Of a DNA stretch of 64,000 bases, positions 17,372 to 25,210 are shown piece by piece (positions within the stretch are counted from its first letter, which is position 1; every line of letters begins with the position of its first letter). The notes under the pieces are model-generated. The model made no database searches. It worked only from the letters and a program-made list of their open reading frames with translations, and was not told the DNA's origin. Position numbers and translations under genes: made by a program. This DNA comes from an uncultured Candidatus Saccharibacteria bacterium (lineage in GTDB: Bacteria; Patescibacteriota; Minisyncoccia; Minisyncoccales; Staskawiczbacteraceae). The DNA lies in the NCBI GenBank assembly GCA_964427585.1, contig CAYRVC010000001.1, positions 34,220 through 98,219 of the forward strand. The letters run 5' to 3'.

Positions 17372-18334
17372 ATGATTCCTCTCCCACTGCCCCCAAAAAT
17401 AATAAAAAAAGGAAAAAACCAGGCGCTTTTTGAAATTGAGAATCTTTACCCTGGTTACGGCGTTACCGTAGGCAATGCCTTAAGAAGAGTATTATTGTCT
17501 TCTTTGGAAGGAGTTGCTGTCACGGAAGCTAAAATAAAAGGGGTATCGCACGAATTTTCAACGATTTCAGGAGTTCTTGAAGACGTGATAATGATTCTTT
17601 TGAATTTAAAGAAGCTGAGATTTAAAATCCATGAGGGGGGAAGCCATAGATTAAGTTTGAACGTGAAAGGCGAAAAAGATGTAAAGGGATCTGATTTCAA
17701 ATTATCTCCGGAAGTGGAGCTTGTTAACCCTGATGTTCATATTGCCACGGCAACAGACAAGAAAACGGAACTGGATATAGAGATACAGATTGAAAAGGGC
17801 TTAGGATACGAGCCAAAAGAATTGAGAAAAGCAAAAAAGGAAAAAATCGCAGCCAACGCCAAGCCGGAAATAGGAATAATAGTGCTGGACGCCATTTTCA
17901 CGCCTGTTAAAAATGTTAATTTCCATGTGGAAAGTATGCGCGTCGGAGATAGAACAGACTTTGACAGGCTTAGCCTGGAAATAGAAACCGATGGCGCCGT
18001 TGCCCCGGAAGAAGCGTTTTTTGAGGCCTGCGATCTACTTTTAAAGCATTTTAACGTCATTTTCGAGGGAAAAGCGCCCAAAAAAGAGACGGCCAAGGAA
18101 AAAACAGAAGCAGGAGAAGGACAAGATTTAACTAAAATGAATGTTGAAGATTTAAAGCTGTCGGGCAGGACGCTGAATGCCTTATTAAAAAACAATATTA
18201 AAACTGCCGGCGGGCTTTTGAGAAAATCTGAAAAAAGTCTGCAGGAGCTGGAGGGAATGGGAGAGAAGGCCATTTTGGAAATTAAGAAGAAATTAAAAAA
18301 ACTGGGCCTGGAAATAAAATCAAGCGAAGAATAA
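17372..18334 (+). CDS. rpoA: DNA-directed RNA polymerase subunit alpha
   Basis: GYGVTVGNALRRVLLSSLEG in the N-terminal domain; C-terminal domain LSGRTLNALLKNNIKTAGGLL. Confidence 0.94.
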   Translation: MIPLPLPPKIIKKGKNQALFEIENLYPGYGVTVGNALRRVLLSSLEGVAVTEAKIKGVSHEFSTISGVLEDVIMILLNLKKLRFKIHEGGSHRLSLNVKGEKDVKGSDFKLSPEVELVNPDVHIATATDKKTELDIEIQIEKGLGYEPKELRKAKKEKIAANAKPEIGIIVLDAIFTPVKNVNFHVESMRVGDRTDFDRLSLEIETDGAVAPEEAFFEACDLLLKHFNVIFEGKAPKKETAKEKTEAGEGQDLTKMNVEDLKLSGRTLNALLKNNIKTAGGLLRKSEKSLQELEGMGEKAILEIKKKLKKLGLEIKSSEE

Positions 18335-18335
18335 T

Positions 18336-18686
18336 ATGAGAAAGCTTAATAAAGGGAGAAAATTATCAAGGAAAAAAGGGCCGAGGGAGGCGCTGTTGAG
18401 AACACTGGCAAACAGCCTCTTTTTGCGTGAAAAAATAAAAACAACCGAGGCCAAGGCCAAAGAATTGAGGATTTTAGCCGAGAAGATAATCACCAAAGCT
18501 AAAAAGAACGATCTTTCCGGCCGAAGAGCGATAGCCAAAACATTGGCGCCGGCCATGGCGAAGAAAGCCACTCAAGACATGGCGGGAAGATATAGCCAAA
18601 GGCAGGGTGGATACACCAGAATTATAAAACTGGGCCCCCGGCATTCTGACGGAGCCAAAATGGTTATAATAGAATTTGTGAAATAA
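18336..18686 (+). CDS. rplQ: 50S ribosomal protein L17
   Basis: LNKGRKLSRKKGPREALLRTLANSLFLREKIKTTEAKAKELR...GGYTRIIKLGPRHSDGAKM. Confidence 0.93.
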   Translation: MRKLNKGRKLSRKKGPREALLRTLANSLFLREKIKTTEAKAKELRILAEKIITKAKKNDLSGRRAIAKTLAPAMAKKATQDMAGRYSQRQGGYTRIIKLGPRHSDGAKMVIIEFVK

Positions 18687-18691
18687 TTTTT

Positions 18692-19054
18692 ATGGAAGAA
18701 AATAACAGGCAAACTCATATAATTGATGCCGATGGAAAATCCTTGGGCAGATTGGCGGTTGAGGTAGCGGTTTTGCTCAGAGGAAAGCAAAAGCCTGATT
18801 TCGCGCCCCACAAGGACGACGGCGATTTCGTTGTTGTCAGAAATTTAGAAAAGATAAAATATACCGGAAAAAAGTTTGACAATAAGATTTATTACCGCCA
18901 TACCGGGTATCCGGGAGGATTGAAAAAAGCCACCATGAAAGAAATTTATGAAAAAAAAGGCGCGTCCCAAATTTTAAAAATGGCTGTTTTCGGGATGCTG
19001 ACAAAAAACAAATTAAGGGCAAAACAAATAAAAAGGCTTAAATTCGAAAAATAA
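18692..19054 (+). CDS. rplM: 50S ribosomal protein L13
   Basis: HIIDADGKSLGRLAVEVAVLLRGKQKPDFAPH.D.GDFVVVRN...YYRHTGYPGGLK. Confidence 0.93.
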   Translation: MEENNRQTHIIDADGKSLGRLAVEVAVLLRGKQKPDFAPHKDDGDFVVVRNLEKIKYTGKKFDNKIYYRHTGYPGGLKKATMKEIYEKKGASQILKMAVFGMLTKNKLRAKQIKRLKFEK

Positions 19055-19055
19055 C

Positions 19056-19556
19056 ATGGAAACAGACATAAGAGACGATATTCTTAAAAAAAACCAGGAA
19101 GACGCGGGAGATGAGGCATTGGCCAATGAAGTGGCGGCAAAAATAAAAGAAGAATCCGGCAAGCCCGACCGTTATTTTGCGGCAATAGGAAGAAGAAAAA
19201 CAGCAATGGCCAGGATAAGACTTTTTACCAAAGGAGAGAAAGGGCTTTTTGTGAATAATAAGCCTTATGAACAGTATTTCCGCTCCGAAGAAGACCAGCA
19301 TACAGCCGCTTCATCCCTGAAAAAAATGAAATGCTTCGACAAATTCATGGTTACCGTAAACGTGAAAGGAGGAGGCCGCAGTTCGCAGGCGGAAGCCATA
19401 AGGCACGGCACAGCCAGGGTTTTGGTTGTATTCAATCAGAATTTCAGGAAGAGGCTTAGGAAAGCGGGATTTTTAACAAGGGACCCGAGAATGAGGGAAA
19501 GGAAAAAATTCGGGCTGAAAAGAGCAAGAAGGGCCCCCCAGTGGTCAAAAAGATAG
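19056..19556 (+). CDS. rpsI: 30S ribosomal protein S9 (acidic N-terminal extension)
   Basis: GRRKTAMARIRL...GGGRSSQAEAIRHGTARVL...LTRDPRMRERKKFGLKRARRAPQWSKR. Confidence 0.93.
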   Translation: METDIRDDILKKNQEDAGDEALANEVAAKIKEESGKPDRYFAAIGRRKTAMARIRLFTKGEKGLFVNNKPYEQYFRSEEDQHTAASSLKKMKCFDKFMVTVNVKGGGRSSQAEAIRHGTARVLVVFNQNFRKRLRKAGFLTRDPRMRERKKFGLKRARRAPQWSKR

Positions 19557-19573
19557 TCTACACTCAGAAACCA

Positions 19574-19610
19574 ACCCGTCAGCCATTACCCGGCTGGCGG
19601 GTTTTTGTTG
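19574..19610 (+). terminator. Rho-independent terminator closing the r-protein operon
   Basis: ACCCGTCAGCC / GGCTGGCGGGT stem (one G-U pair) followed by TTTTTGTTGTTT. Confidence 0.75.
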
Positions 19611-19647
19611 TTTAGGCCAGAAATTTTATAAAATTTAACAATTTTTG

Positions 19648-19667
19648 ACTAACTTTATAAAGTTAGT
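19648..19667. promoter_or_regulatory. 20-nt perfect palindrome upstream of the methyltransferase (candidate operator)
   Basis: ACTAACTTTATAAAGTTAGT overlaps a TTGACT hexamer, 46 nt before the MTase ATG. Confidence 0.4.
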
Positions 19668-19712
19668 TGTTGATTTTGAAGTGAGAAAAAGGTAAACTAT
19701 ATTAAAGAAAGC

Positions 19713-20993
19713 ATGAAAACGAATCATAAGATAATAATTGGAGACTCCAGGAATATGGCGGAATTAGAAAATAATTCTGTACATTTAGTTGTTACTTCAC
19801 CACCATATTGGCAATTGAAAGATTATGGGACAAAAGATCAGATCGGCTTTAATGATAGTTATGAGAATTATATCAATAATCTGAATTTAGTATGGAAAGA
19901 ATGCTTCAGGGTTTTAAATGATGGGTGTCGTCTATGTATAAATATCGGTGATCAATTTGCGCGGTCTGTTTATTATGGAAGATATAAAATCATTCCAATA
20001 AGGATAGAAATAATAAAGTTTTGTGAAAGTATAGGATTTGATTATATGGGTTCTATTATTTGGCAAAAAGCAACAACAATGAACACAACTGGTGGAGCGA
20101 CCATAATGGGTAGTTTTCCCTATCCAAGAAATGGGATTGTAAAATTAGATTATGAGTTTATATTGATTTTTAAAAAAATAGGAGATGCTCCAAAAGTTTC
20201 CAGAGAAGTTAAAGAAAAATCTAAAATGTCTAAAGAGGAATGGAATCAATATTTTACAGGACATTGGAATTTTAATGGAGTTAAACAAATTGAACATTTA
20301 GCGATGTTCCCAGAAGAATTGCCAAAACGGTTGATAAAAATGTTCAGCTTCGTGGGAGACACTGTTTTAGACCCGTTTTTAGGAAGTGGTACAACTACTC
20401 TCGCTGCAAAAAATTTAGGCAGAAATTCAGCAGGATATGAAATTAACAAGGAATTTTTACCGCATATGAAGGAAAAAATAGAAGTCTCGAATAATGATGC
20501 TAATTTTGATTTTATCAAACAAGAAAAAATCCTTACTGATTATGAAAAAGAAATATTAGATTTACCATACATTTTTAAGGACGCGGTAAAATTTGAAAGA
20601 AAAATTGACCCTAAGAAATTACAATTTGGTTCGAAAATAGACTCAACAAGGGAAGAAGATATTCAGTCATACTATGTAAAAGGAATTATGAGTCCTGAAA
20701 AATTATTGTTAAATAATGATTTAGTAGTAAAATTAATTGGAGTTAAGACAAAAAAAGAGAAAATAGACGAAGCTATTAAATTTTTGCAGAAAAAATTAAA
20801 AAATCAGCAGGTTTTCATTAGATTTGATACGCTGAAATATGACGGGAAAAATAATTTACTTTGCTATTTATATTTGAAAAATAAAACCTTCATAAACGCC
20901 CATTTAATAAAAAATGACCTTGTTGATGTTGACCAAGAATTTGATTATAAATATAAACTTAAATTTTTAAATTTAACTAAAAATTATGCCTAA
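19713..20993 (+). CDS. Beta-class N4-cytosine/N6-adenine DNA methyltransferase with a C-terminal degenerate SNase-like domain
   Basis: Motif IV VVTSPPYW comes before motif I DPFLGSGTT, which is the beta order. The C-terminus has an SNase-like pattern, VKLIGVKTKK...LLCYLYLKNKTFINAHLIKNDLVDV. Confidence 0.85.
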   Translation: MKTNHKIIIGDSRNMAELENNSVHLVVTSPPYWQLKDYGTKDQIGFNDSYENYINNLNLVWKECFRVLNDGCRLCINIGDQFARSVYYGRYKIIPIRIEIIKFCESIGFDYMGSIIWQKATTMNTTGGATIMGSFPYPRNGIVKLDYEFILIFKKIGDAPKVSREVKEKSKMSKEEWNQYFTGHWNFNGVKQIEHLAMFPEELPKRLIKMFSFVGDTVLDPFLGSGTTTLAAKNLGRNSAGYEINKEFLPHMKEKIEVSNNDANFDFIKQEKILTDYEKEILDLPYIFKDAVKFERKIDPKKLQFGSKIDSTREEDIQSYYVKGIMSPEKLLLNNDLVVKLIGVKTKKEKIDEAIKFLQKKLKNQQVFIRFDTLKYDGKNNLLCYLYLKNKTFINAHLIKNDLVDVDQEFDYKYKLKFLNLTKNYA

Positions 20994-21618
20994 TGAATGG
21001 ATTTTAAACCAAGCTAATATGAGGTGGGGATTAACCAAAAAGAACAAGGTTGGTCCCGTCGCGGAATTAATAAGAAAGTGCTCTCCCAAAACACTCGATG
21101 AGTGGGAAAAATTTTATTTAGAAAGAGCTTATCCAAAGGAGCATCTTGAACAGCTTGGGAAAATTTTATTTATTAAAGTTACAGATGTTTGTAAAGCCGA
21201 AATAGAAGATGTCACAGAAGCAGATTGCATAGATTTTATCTATAATTTAGTAATAAATAGGACTTTTGATGGTTATCAATCAGAGATACAAACCATTTAC
21301 GGACAACTTGAGGAAAAGCTCGGAGTCAAAATTGAAGCCGCGCCAGATGCGTGGGATAGGGGATACAATGTAGATTATTTTATTAAGATAAACGACAAAT
21401 ATATTGGTCTCCAGATAAAGCCGGCTGGATATGAATATATTACTCAAATTATAAACGAACGAGATCAGCAGAAAAAGACTCATGAAAAATTTACTGAAAA
21501 ATATGGAGGCAGAGTTTTTTATGTAATCTCTATAACTGATGGGAAAAATAAAATAATTCATAATCTCGAGGTAATTGAGGAAATAAATAAGGAAATCGCA
21601 AAATTATCTGAAAAATAA
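20986..21618 (+). CDS. Putative type II restriction endonuclease (partner of the MTase)
   Basis: Overlaps the MTase by 8 nt. 210 aa with a PD-(D/E)xK-like segment, NVDYFIKINDKYIGLQIKP. Same AT-rich composition as the MTase. Confidence 0.55.
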   Translation: MPNEWILNQANMRWGLTKKNKVGPVAELIRKCSPKTLDEWEKFYLERAYPKEHLEQLGKILFIKVTDVCKAEIEDVTEADCIDFIYNLVINRTFDGYQSEIQTIYGQLEEKLGVKIEAAPDAWDRGYNVDYFIKINDKYIGLQIKPAGYEYITQIINERDQQKKTHEKFTEKYGGRVFYVISITDGKNKIIHNLEVIEEINKEIAKLSEK

Positions 21619-21778
21619 AATGGGCTAAATAATAATAAAACACATCGTAGAGACCAGGCTACTTAAAAGAATTTTTTCCTTCTCAAATTTCGGTGGATAA
21701 TTGGCGGATTGGTTTGTCAAGGAATTGGACGGAGAAAAAGTTAGAATTTCAATGGGGTCGAAGAGGTAATTTTAAAGA

Positions 21779-21817
21779 CAAAAAAAACAACCCCGCCTAG
21801 ACGGGGTTGTTTTTTTT
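21779..21817. terminator. Bidirectional rho-independent terminator
   Basis: A-run, CAACCCCG-loop-CGGGGTTG, then T-run. It sits between convergent genes. Confidence 0.8.
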
Positions 21818-21824
21818 GGTTGAT

Positions 21825-22955
21825 TTAAGGCAGGATTTTTTCTGATAAAAAAGTTTTATCGCCATCAAGGATATATAATTTCTTATCCTGCTGGCTAAAA
21901 TATATTTCAGCCTCTTTCCCGTTGCCAGGATTAAACAGCCTGGCAGATGTTCCGTTCAAAAGAGCCAAATTTTCAGGCAGGGTAACGATATTTATGTTAT
22001 TTTTATTGTCGGTTTCGGAAATTTTTATTCTTCCCTCAACAGTGAAAACAATGTAATCATTGTTAAGCCACTGGCATTGGCTGATTTTTTCCGAAAACCT
22101 GTTTAAAAATATTTTTTCATAATCTGATTGGTCAGACAATTGCCATACATAAGAGAACAGTATTTCATAATCATTGTAAAACAGCAGTTTTTTTTGGTCA
22201 GGGGACAATTCAATCTCTTTCACCGGCCCGTAAAAATTAAGGAACTCTTTTATTTTTTGATCAAAAAGAAGAAGATTGTCGTTTTCAAAAAGGAAAATAT
22301 TTTGGAAGACAGAGTTCAGTTTATAATTATTTTTTTTGTTAATTTTCAGGGGAATAGAGCTTAATTTTTGATTATCCCCGCTGGAAATATCAAAATCGTA
22401 AAGAAATCCATCCAGCCCCAGCCAGGTTATTTTATTGTTGCCAGCTAATTCAAAAGCAGCCGAGTTTTTTAAAATTAATAAAGGCCCAGAATCCGGATTG
22501 TTTTGATATAAAGCCCCGTTTTTTATGAAGAATAATTCATTCGGCTCCTGTTTTTTTCCAGGCCATGGCTTCCCGCTTTCCAACTCATCAAACAAAATAT
22601 TTTCTTTAAACAGCAGGATGTGTTCAAGTTTTACCACTTCTTTTTCTTTTATGTCCAGGGTTTTTTGATAAGGGAAATACCCCTCTTTTTTAACCAAAAC
22701 ATTGTGCTGTTTTGGCAGTAGATTCTGGGCGAAAATAGAGCCTGCGAACATTTTTGTTCTTCCAACGAATTCAGAATCAACGAAAACCTCGGCTGATTCT
22801 GGCCATGCCTTTATGAACACTCCGCCGGTGGCCGATATCTTTTTTTGTTCAAAATCAATTCTGTATCCTAAAGAATAAACAACAACCGCGGGGGCCGCGA
22901 TAAAAAAGAAAATGGCGCAGGATAGCAGTATTATTAAGCGGACTTTTTTAGTCAT
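21825..22955 (-). CDS. Membrane-anchored PEGA-domain protein
   Basis: N-terminal TM segment. VFIKAWPESAEVFVDSEFVGRT...HNVLVKKEGYFPYQKTLDI matches the PEGA pattern. This is the only long minus-strand gene. Confidence 0.55.
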   Translation of the reverse strand: MTKKVRLIILLSCAIFFFIAAPAVVVYSLGYRIDFEQKKISATGGVFIKAWPESAEVFVDSEFVGRTKMFAGSIFAQNLLPKQHNVLVKKEGYFPYQKTLDIKEKEVVKLEHILLFKENILFDELESGKPWPGKKQEPNELFFIKNGALYQNNPDSGPLLILKNSAAFELAGNNKITWLGLDGFLYDFDISSGDNQKLSSIPLKINKKNNYKLNSVFQNIFLFENDNLLLFDQKIKEFLNFYGPVKEIELSPDQKKLLFYNDYEILFSYVWQLSDQSDYEKIFLNRFSEKISQCQWLNNDYIVFTVEGRIKISETDNKNNINIVTLPENLALLNGTSARLFNPGNGKEAEIYFSQQDKKLYILDGDKTFLSEKILP

Positions 22956-23006
22956 AATAATCTCAATTATTCTATGATGATAACATAGAATTTTAAAATT
23001 TCATCA

Positions 23007-23034
23007 TTGACATTATTATAATTTATGATAAAAT
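23007..23034 (+). promoter_or_regulatory. Sigma-70-like promoter (extended -10)
   Basis: TTGACA (23007-23012), a 16-nt spacer ending in TGA, then TAAAAT (23029-23034). Confidence 0.45.
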
Positions 23035-23093
23035 AAGATATTTTCCGGATGGTCTGGAAAAAATGGTTTAATTCAGTTCTTTGAAAAGGAGAA

Positions 23094-23795
23094 TTGGCCG
23101 TGGCCGAACATTTTGACTGCATAATAGTTTTAGGCTCTCAAATAGGGATAAATGAGAAAGGCAAGATGGTCCCTGCTTTTCATACGGAAATGAAAGCAAG
23201 GGCGGCAGGCATTGCCTGGCAACAACTATCAAATAATAAATTTATTTTGACCGGCGGATATAATATCGGGGTTCGATACGCGATGGAATTGGATGTTCCG
23301 GTTTATGGAACGCCGGGTTCGGACAAAAAGCCGGATTTCTCAGAAGAGGCTAAACAGAGGGCGAGCCGTTATCGTTCCGAGGCCTCGGTAATTGCCGAGG
23401 TAATGAAAAAAGAATATGGTATCCCGCTGTGGGCATTGCTTTTAGAGGAAGAATCTGCCACAACCCAGCAAAACGCGGAGTTTTGCGCCGATATTGTGGA
23501 AGATTTGTTTTGGAGCAGAGTCGGCGGGCAAAGGGCCAGAATAGGGATTCTTACCCTTCTTTATCATATGGAGAGGGCGTTAAAAGAATTTAAAAAGGCG
23601 TTTGCCGAAAAAAAGGTGGATGATGTTGCGTTTGTTTATCCGCTTTTTGCGGAAAATTTGCTAAGCTTTGAAACCCAGTGGGTTGATAAAATATGCCAGT
23701 ATTACAGCGTTCCCAAAGGCGGCAAGCAATGGGACGTGAAAAAAATAAGACGATTGTTGTCAAAGGGAAAGAGCCTGAATTCCTTATTAACGTAG
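23094..23795 (+). CDS. DUF218 (YdcF/SanA-like) domain protein
   Basis: CIIVLGSQ...GG...ESATTQQNAEF matches the DUF218 pattern. The start is TTG at 23094 or GTG at 23100, after AAGGAG. Confidence 0.55.
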   Translation: MAVAEHFDCIIVLGSQIGINEKGKMVPAFHTEMKARAAGIAWQQLSNNKFILTGGYNIGVRYAMELDVPVYGTPGSDKKPDFSEEAKQRASRYRSEASVIAEVMKKEYGIPLWALLLEEESATTQQNAEFCADIVEDLFWSRVGGQRARIGILTLLYHMERALKEFKKAFAEKKVDDVAFVYPLFAENLLSFETQWVDKICQYYSVPKGGKQWDVKKIRRLLSKGKSLNSLLT

Positions 23796-23808
23796 AAAGG
23801 GCGACATT

Positions 23809-24036
23809 ATGTTTTGGAGCAGAAAATATAAAGAAGTCAGCGAAGATGGCGTTGCTATGTTGGCTGGAGTATTAATTGTTGAGGCGACAAACATAGAGGA
23901 GGCAAAGAAAATGATTTTTGAAACAGAAATGAGATGGACGGACGCGTACTGCATAGGCCCTGTTGATGGGCCGTATCAAACAGAAGAAGAAGCAATAGAA
24001 AAAGCCAGAAAAAGGGCGAAAAAAATCAAAAAATAA
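23809..24036 (+). CDS. Hypothetical small protein
   Basis: 75-aa ORF with no recognisable motif. Confidence 0.4.
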   Translation: MFWSRKYKEVSEDGVAMLAGVLIVEATNIEEAKKMIFETEMRWTDAYCIGPVDGPYQTEEEAIEKARKRAKKIKK

Positions 24037-24072
24037 TGATTTCAAAATTGCCCGCGGGCAATTTTGAAATCA
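24037..24072. repeat. 36-nt perfect loop-less palindrome centred on CCGCGG
   Basis: TGATTTCAAAATTGCCCGCGGGCAATTTTGAAATCA is its own reverse complement and begins right after the stop codon. Confidence 0.95.
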
Positions 24073-24083
24073 CTTCAAAATAT

Positions 24084-24114
24084 GCCGTTTCTAAACAGAA
24101 ACGGCTTTTATTTT
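24084..24114 (+). terminator. Rho-independent terminator
   Basis: GCCGTTTC-TAAACA-GAAACGGC followed by TTTTATTTT. Confidence 0.8.
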
Positions 24115-24149
24115 GCGAATTTTTCGAAAATTAGTTATAATGCAAAAAT

Positions 24150-24986
24150 ATGAAAATAAATATTTTTTGCGCCACATATTCTGATTTCGTAAAATTCAAC
24201 AAAAAGCCCAATGAGGATTTTTATCTGGTTTCAGAAAAATTCCCTATTTTTGTTTTGGCTGACGGAGTCACCCAGTCATCGTTTCTTTCGGGAGAATACA
24301 GCTATCCTGAAGGAGCGAGAACGGCGGCAAAAATTTTCTGCTACGAAACGCTATCTTGCATGGAAGAAAATTTTAAAAAAAGAGAAGACGAAATTTTATT
24401 CAAAGAATCTTTCAAAAAAGCGAATAAAAAAATAAAAGAGCTTAATGAAACGGAAGGTATGGCAAAAAAACTTGATTACCTTGTTTTTGATTATTTTGAC
24501 GCGGTGGGCATTGCCGGTTTTCTAAAAAAAGATATTCTTCATTACGGATTTGTGGGGGATTGCGGGCTTATTGTTTTTGACAAAAACAATGAAATAAAAT
24601 TCCAAACAGAAGACCAAGTCGAGCCGGCAATGATAAACGCGAGAGATAAATATAAAAATTGGAAGGAGCTGGACAAAAGGCAAAGAACAATAATAATGCA
24701 CAAAGAATTCAGAAATTTAAAAGGAGGATCAGGATACGGAAGCTTTTCTGGCGAAGATGGGATAGAAGATTATTACATTACCGGAAAAACAAAACTTTCA
24801 GCAGGCGACTTGGCTGTTTTCTATTCAGACGGATTTTTGCCCTATTTCCAATTTATAGAGTTTATTGATATTTTAAGGAAGCAGAACCAGAATATATTAG
24901 ACAGTTTTGTTGTTAAGAAAGCCGAAGAGAATCCCGAAGAATTAGGTTGTGACAGGACGTTGATTTCTTTTAATTTTAACCGTTAA
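24150..24986 (+). CDS. PP2C/SpoIIE-like (PPM family) phosphatase-domain protein
   Basis: NEDFY..VLADGVT, GDCGLIVF, FYSDGF and GCDRTLI resemble the PPM metal-binding motifs. Confidence 0.5.
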   Translation: MKINIFCATYSDFVKFNKKPNEDFYLVSEKFPIFVLADGVTQSSFLSGEYSYPEGARTAAKIFCYETLSCMEENFKKREDEILFKESFKKANKKIKELNETEGMAKKLDYLVFDYFDAVGIAGFLKKDILHYGFVGDCGLIVFDKNNEIKFQTEDQVEPAMINARDKYKNWKELDKRQRTIIMHKEFRNLKGGSGYGSFSGEDGIEDYYITGKTKLSAGDLAVFYSDGFLPYFQFIEFIDILRKQNQNILDSFVVKKAEENPEELGCDRTLISFNFNR

Positions 24987-25014
24987 AACATAAAACTCTG
25001 ATTAGGCCGGGTAA

Positions 25015-25040
25015 GGTTTTTTCACTCGAGTGAAAAAACC
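25015..25040. repeat. 26-nt perfect palindrome, copy 3 of the TTTTTTCACTCGAGTGAAAAAA family
   Basis: GGTTTTTTCACTCGAGTGAAAAAACC is identical to the inner 26 nt of copy 1. Confidence 0.95.
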
Positions 25041-25069
25041 GCGCCAATATTAAAAATTAAAAATATAAT

Positions 25070-25100
25070 AAAAAAAGCCCGGCTACCTGAGTAGTCGGGC
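25070..25100 (-). terminator. Rho-independent terminator oriented for the minus strand
   Basis: GCCCGGCTAC-CTGA-GTAGTCGGGC preceded on the + strand by A7, which is a U-run on the minus strand. No T-run follows on the + strand. Confidence 0.55.
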
Positions 25101-25158
25101 GTATAATAAATATAATCATATTGCTTTTATTTTGTCAAATTTTTTGGAATTTCTTGAA

Positions 25159-25188
25159 TTTGACATTAAAATAAAATTGAGATAGCAT
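25159..25188 (+). promoter_or_regulatory. Candidate promoter for murA
   Basis: TTGACA (25159-25164), an 18-nt spacer, then TAGCAT (25183-25188). Confidence 0.4.
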
Positions 25189-25210
25189 TAAACATATTAT
25201 TGTTATAAAT

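Noticed and set aside
21619-21780. A possible gene remnant after the restriction enzyme (a frame reading WRIGLSRNWTEKKLEFQWGRRGNFKD).
   Set aside because: It is too short and unrecognisable to call as a pseudogene. I mention it only as context for the R-M islet.
23693-23875. A 60-aa ORF bridging the DUF218 gene and the next small gene, considered as a possible frameshifted fusion.
   Set aside because: It is an alternative frame with no support. Both neighbouring ORFs have their own plausible starts and stops.
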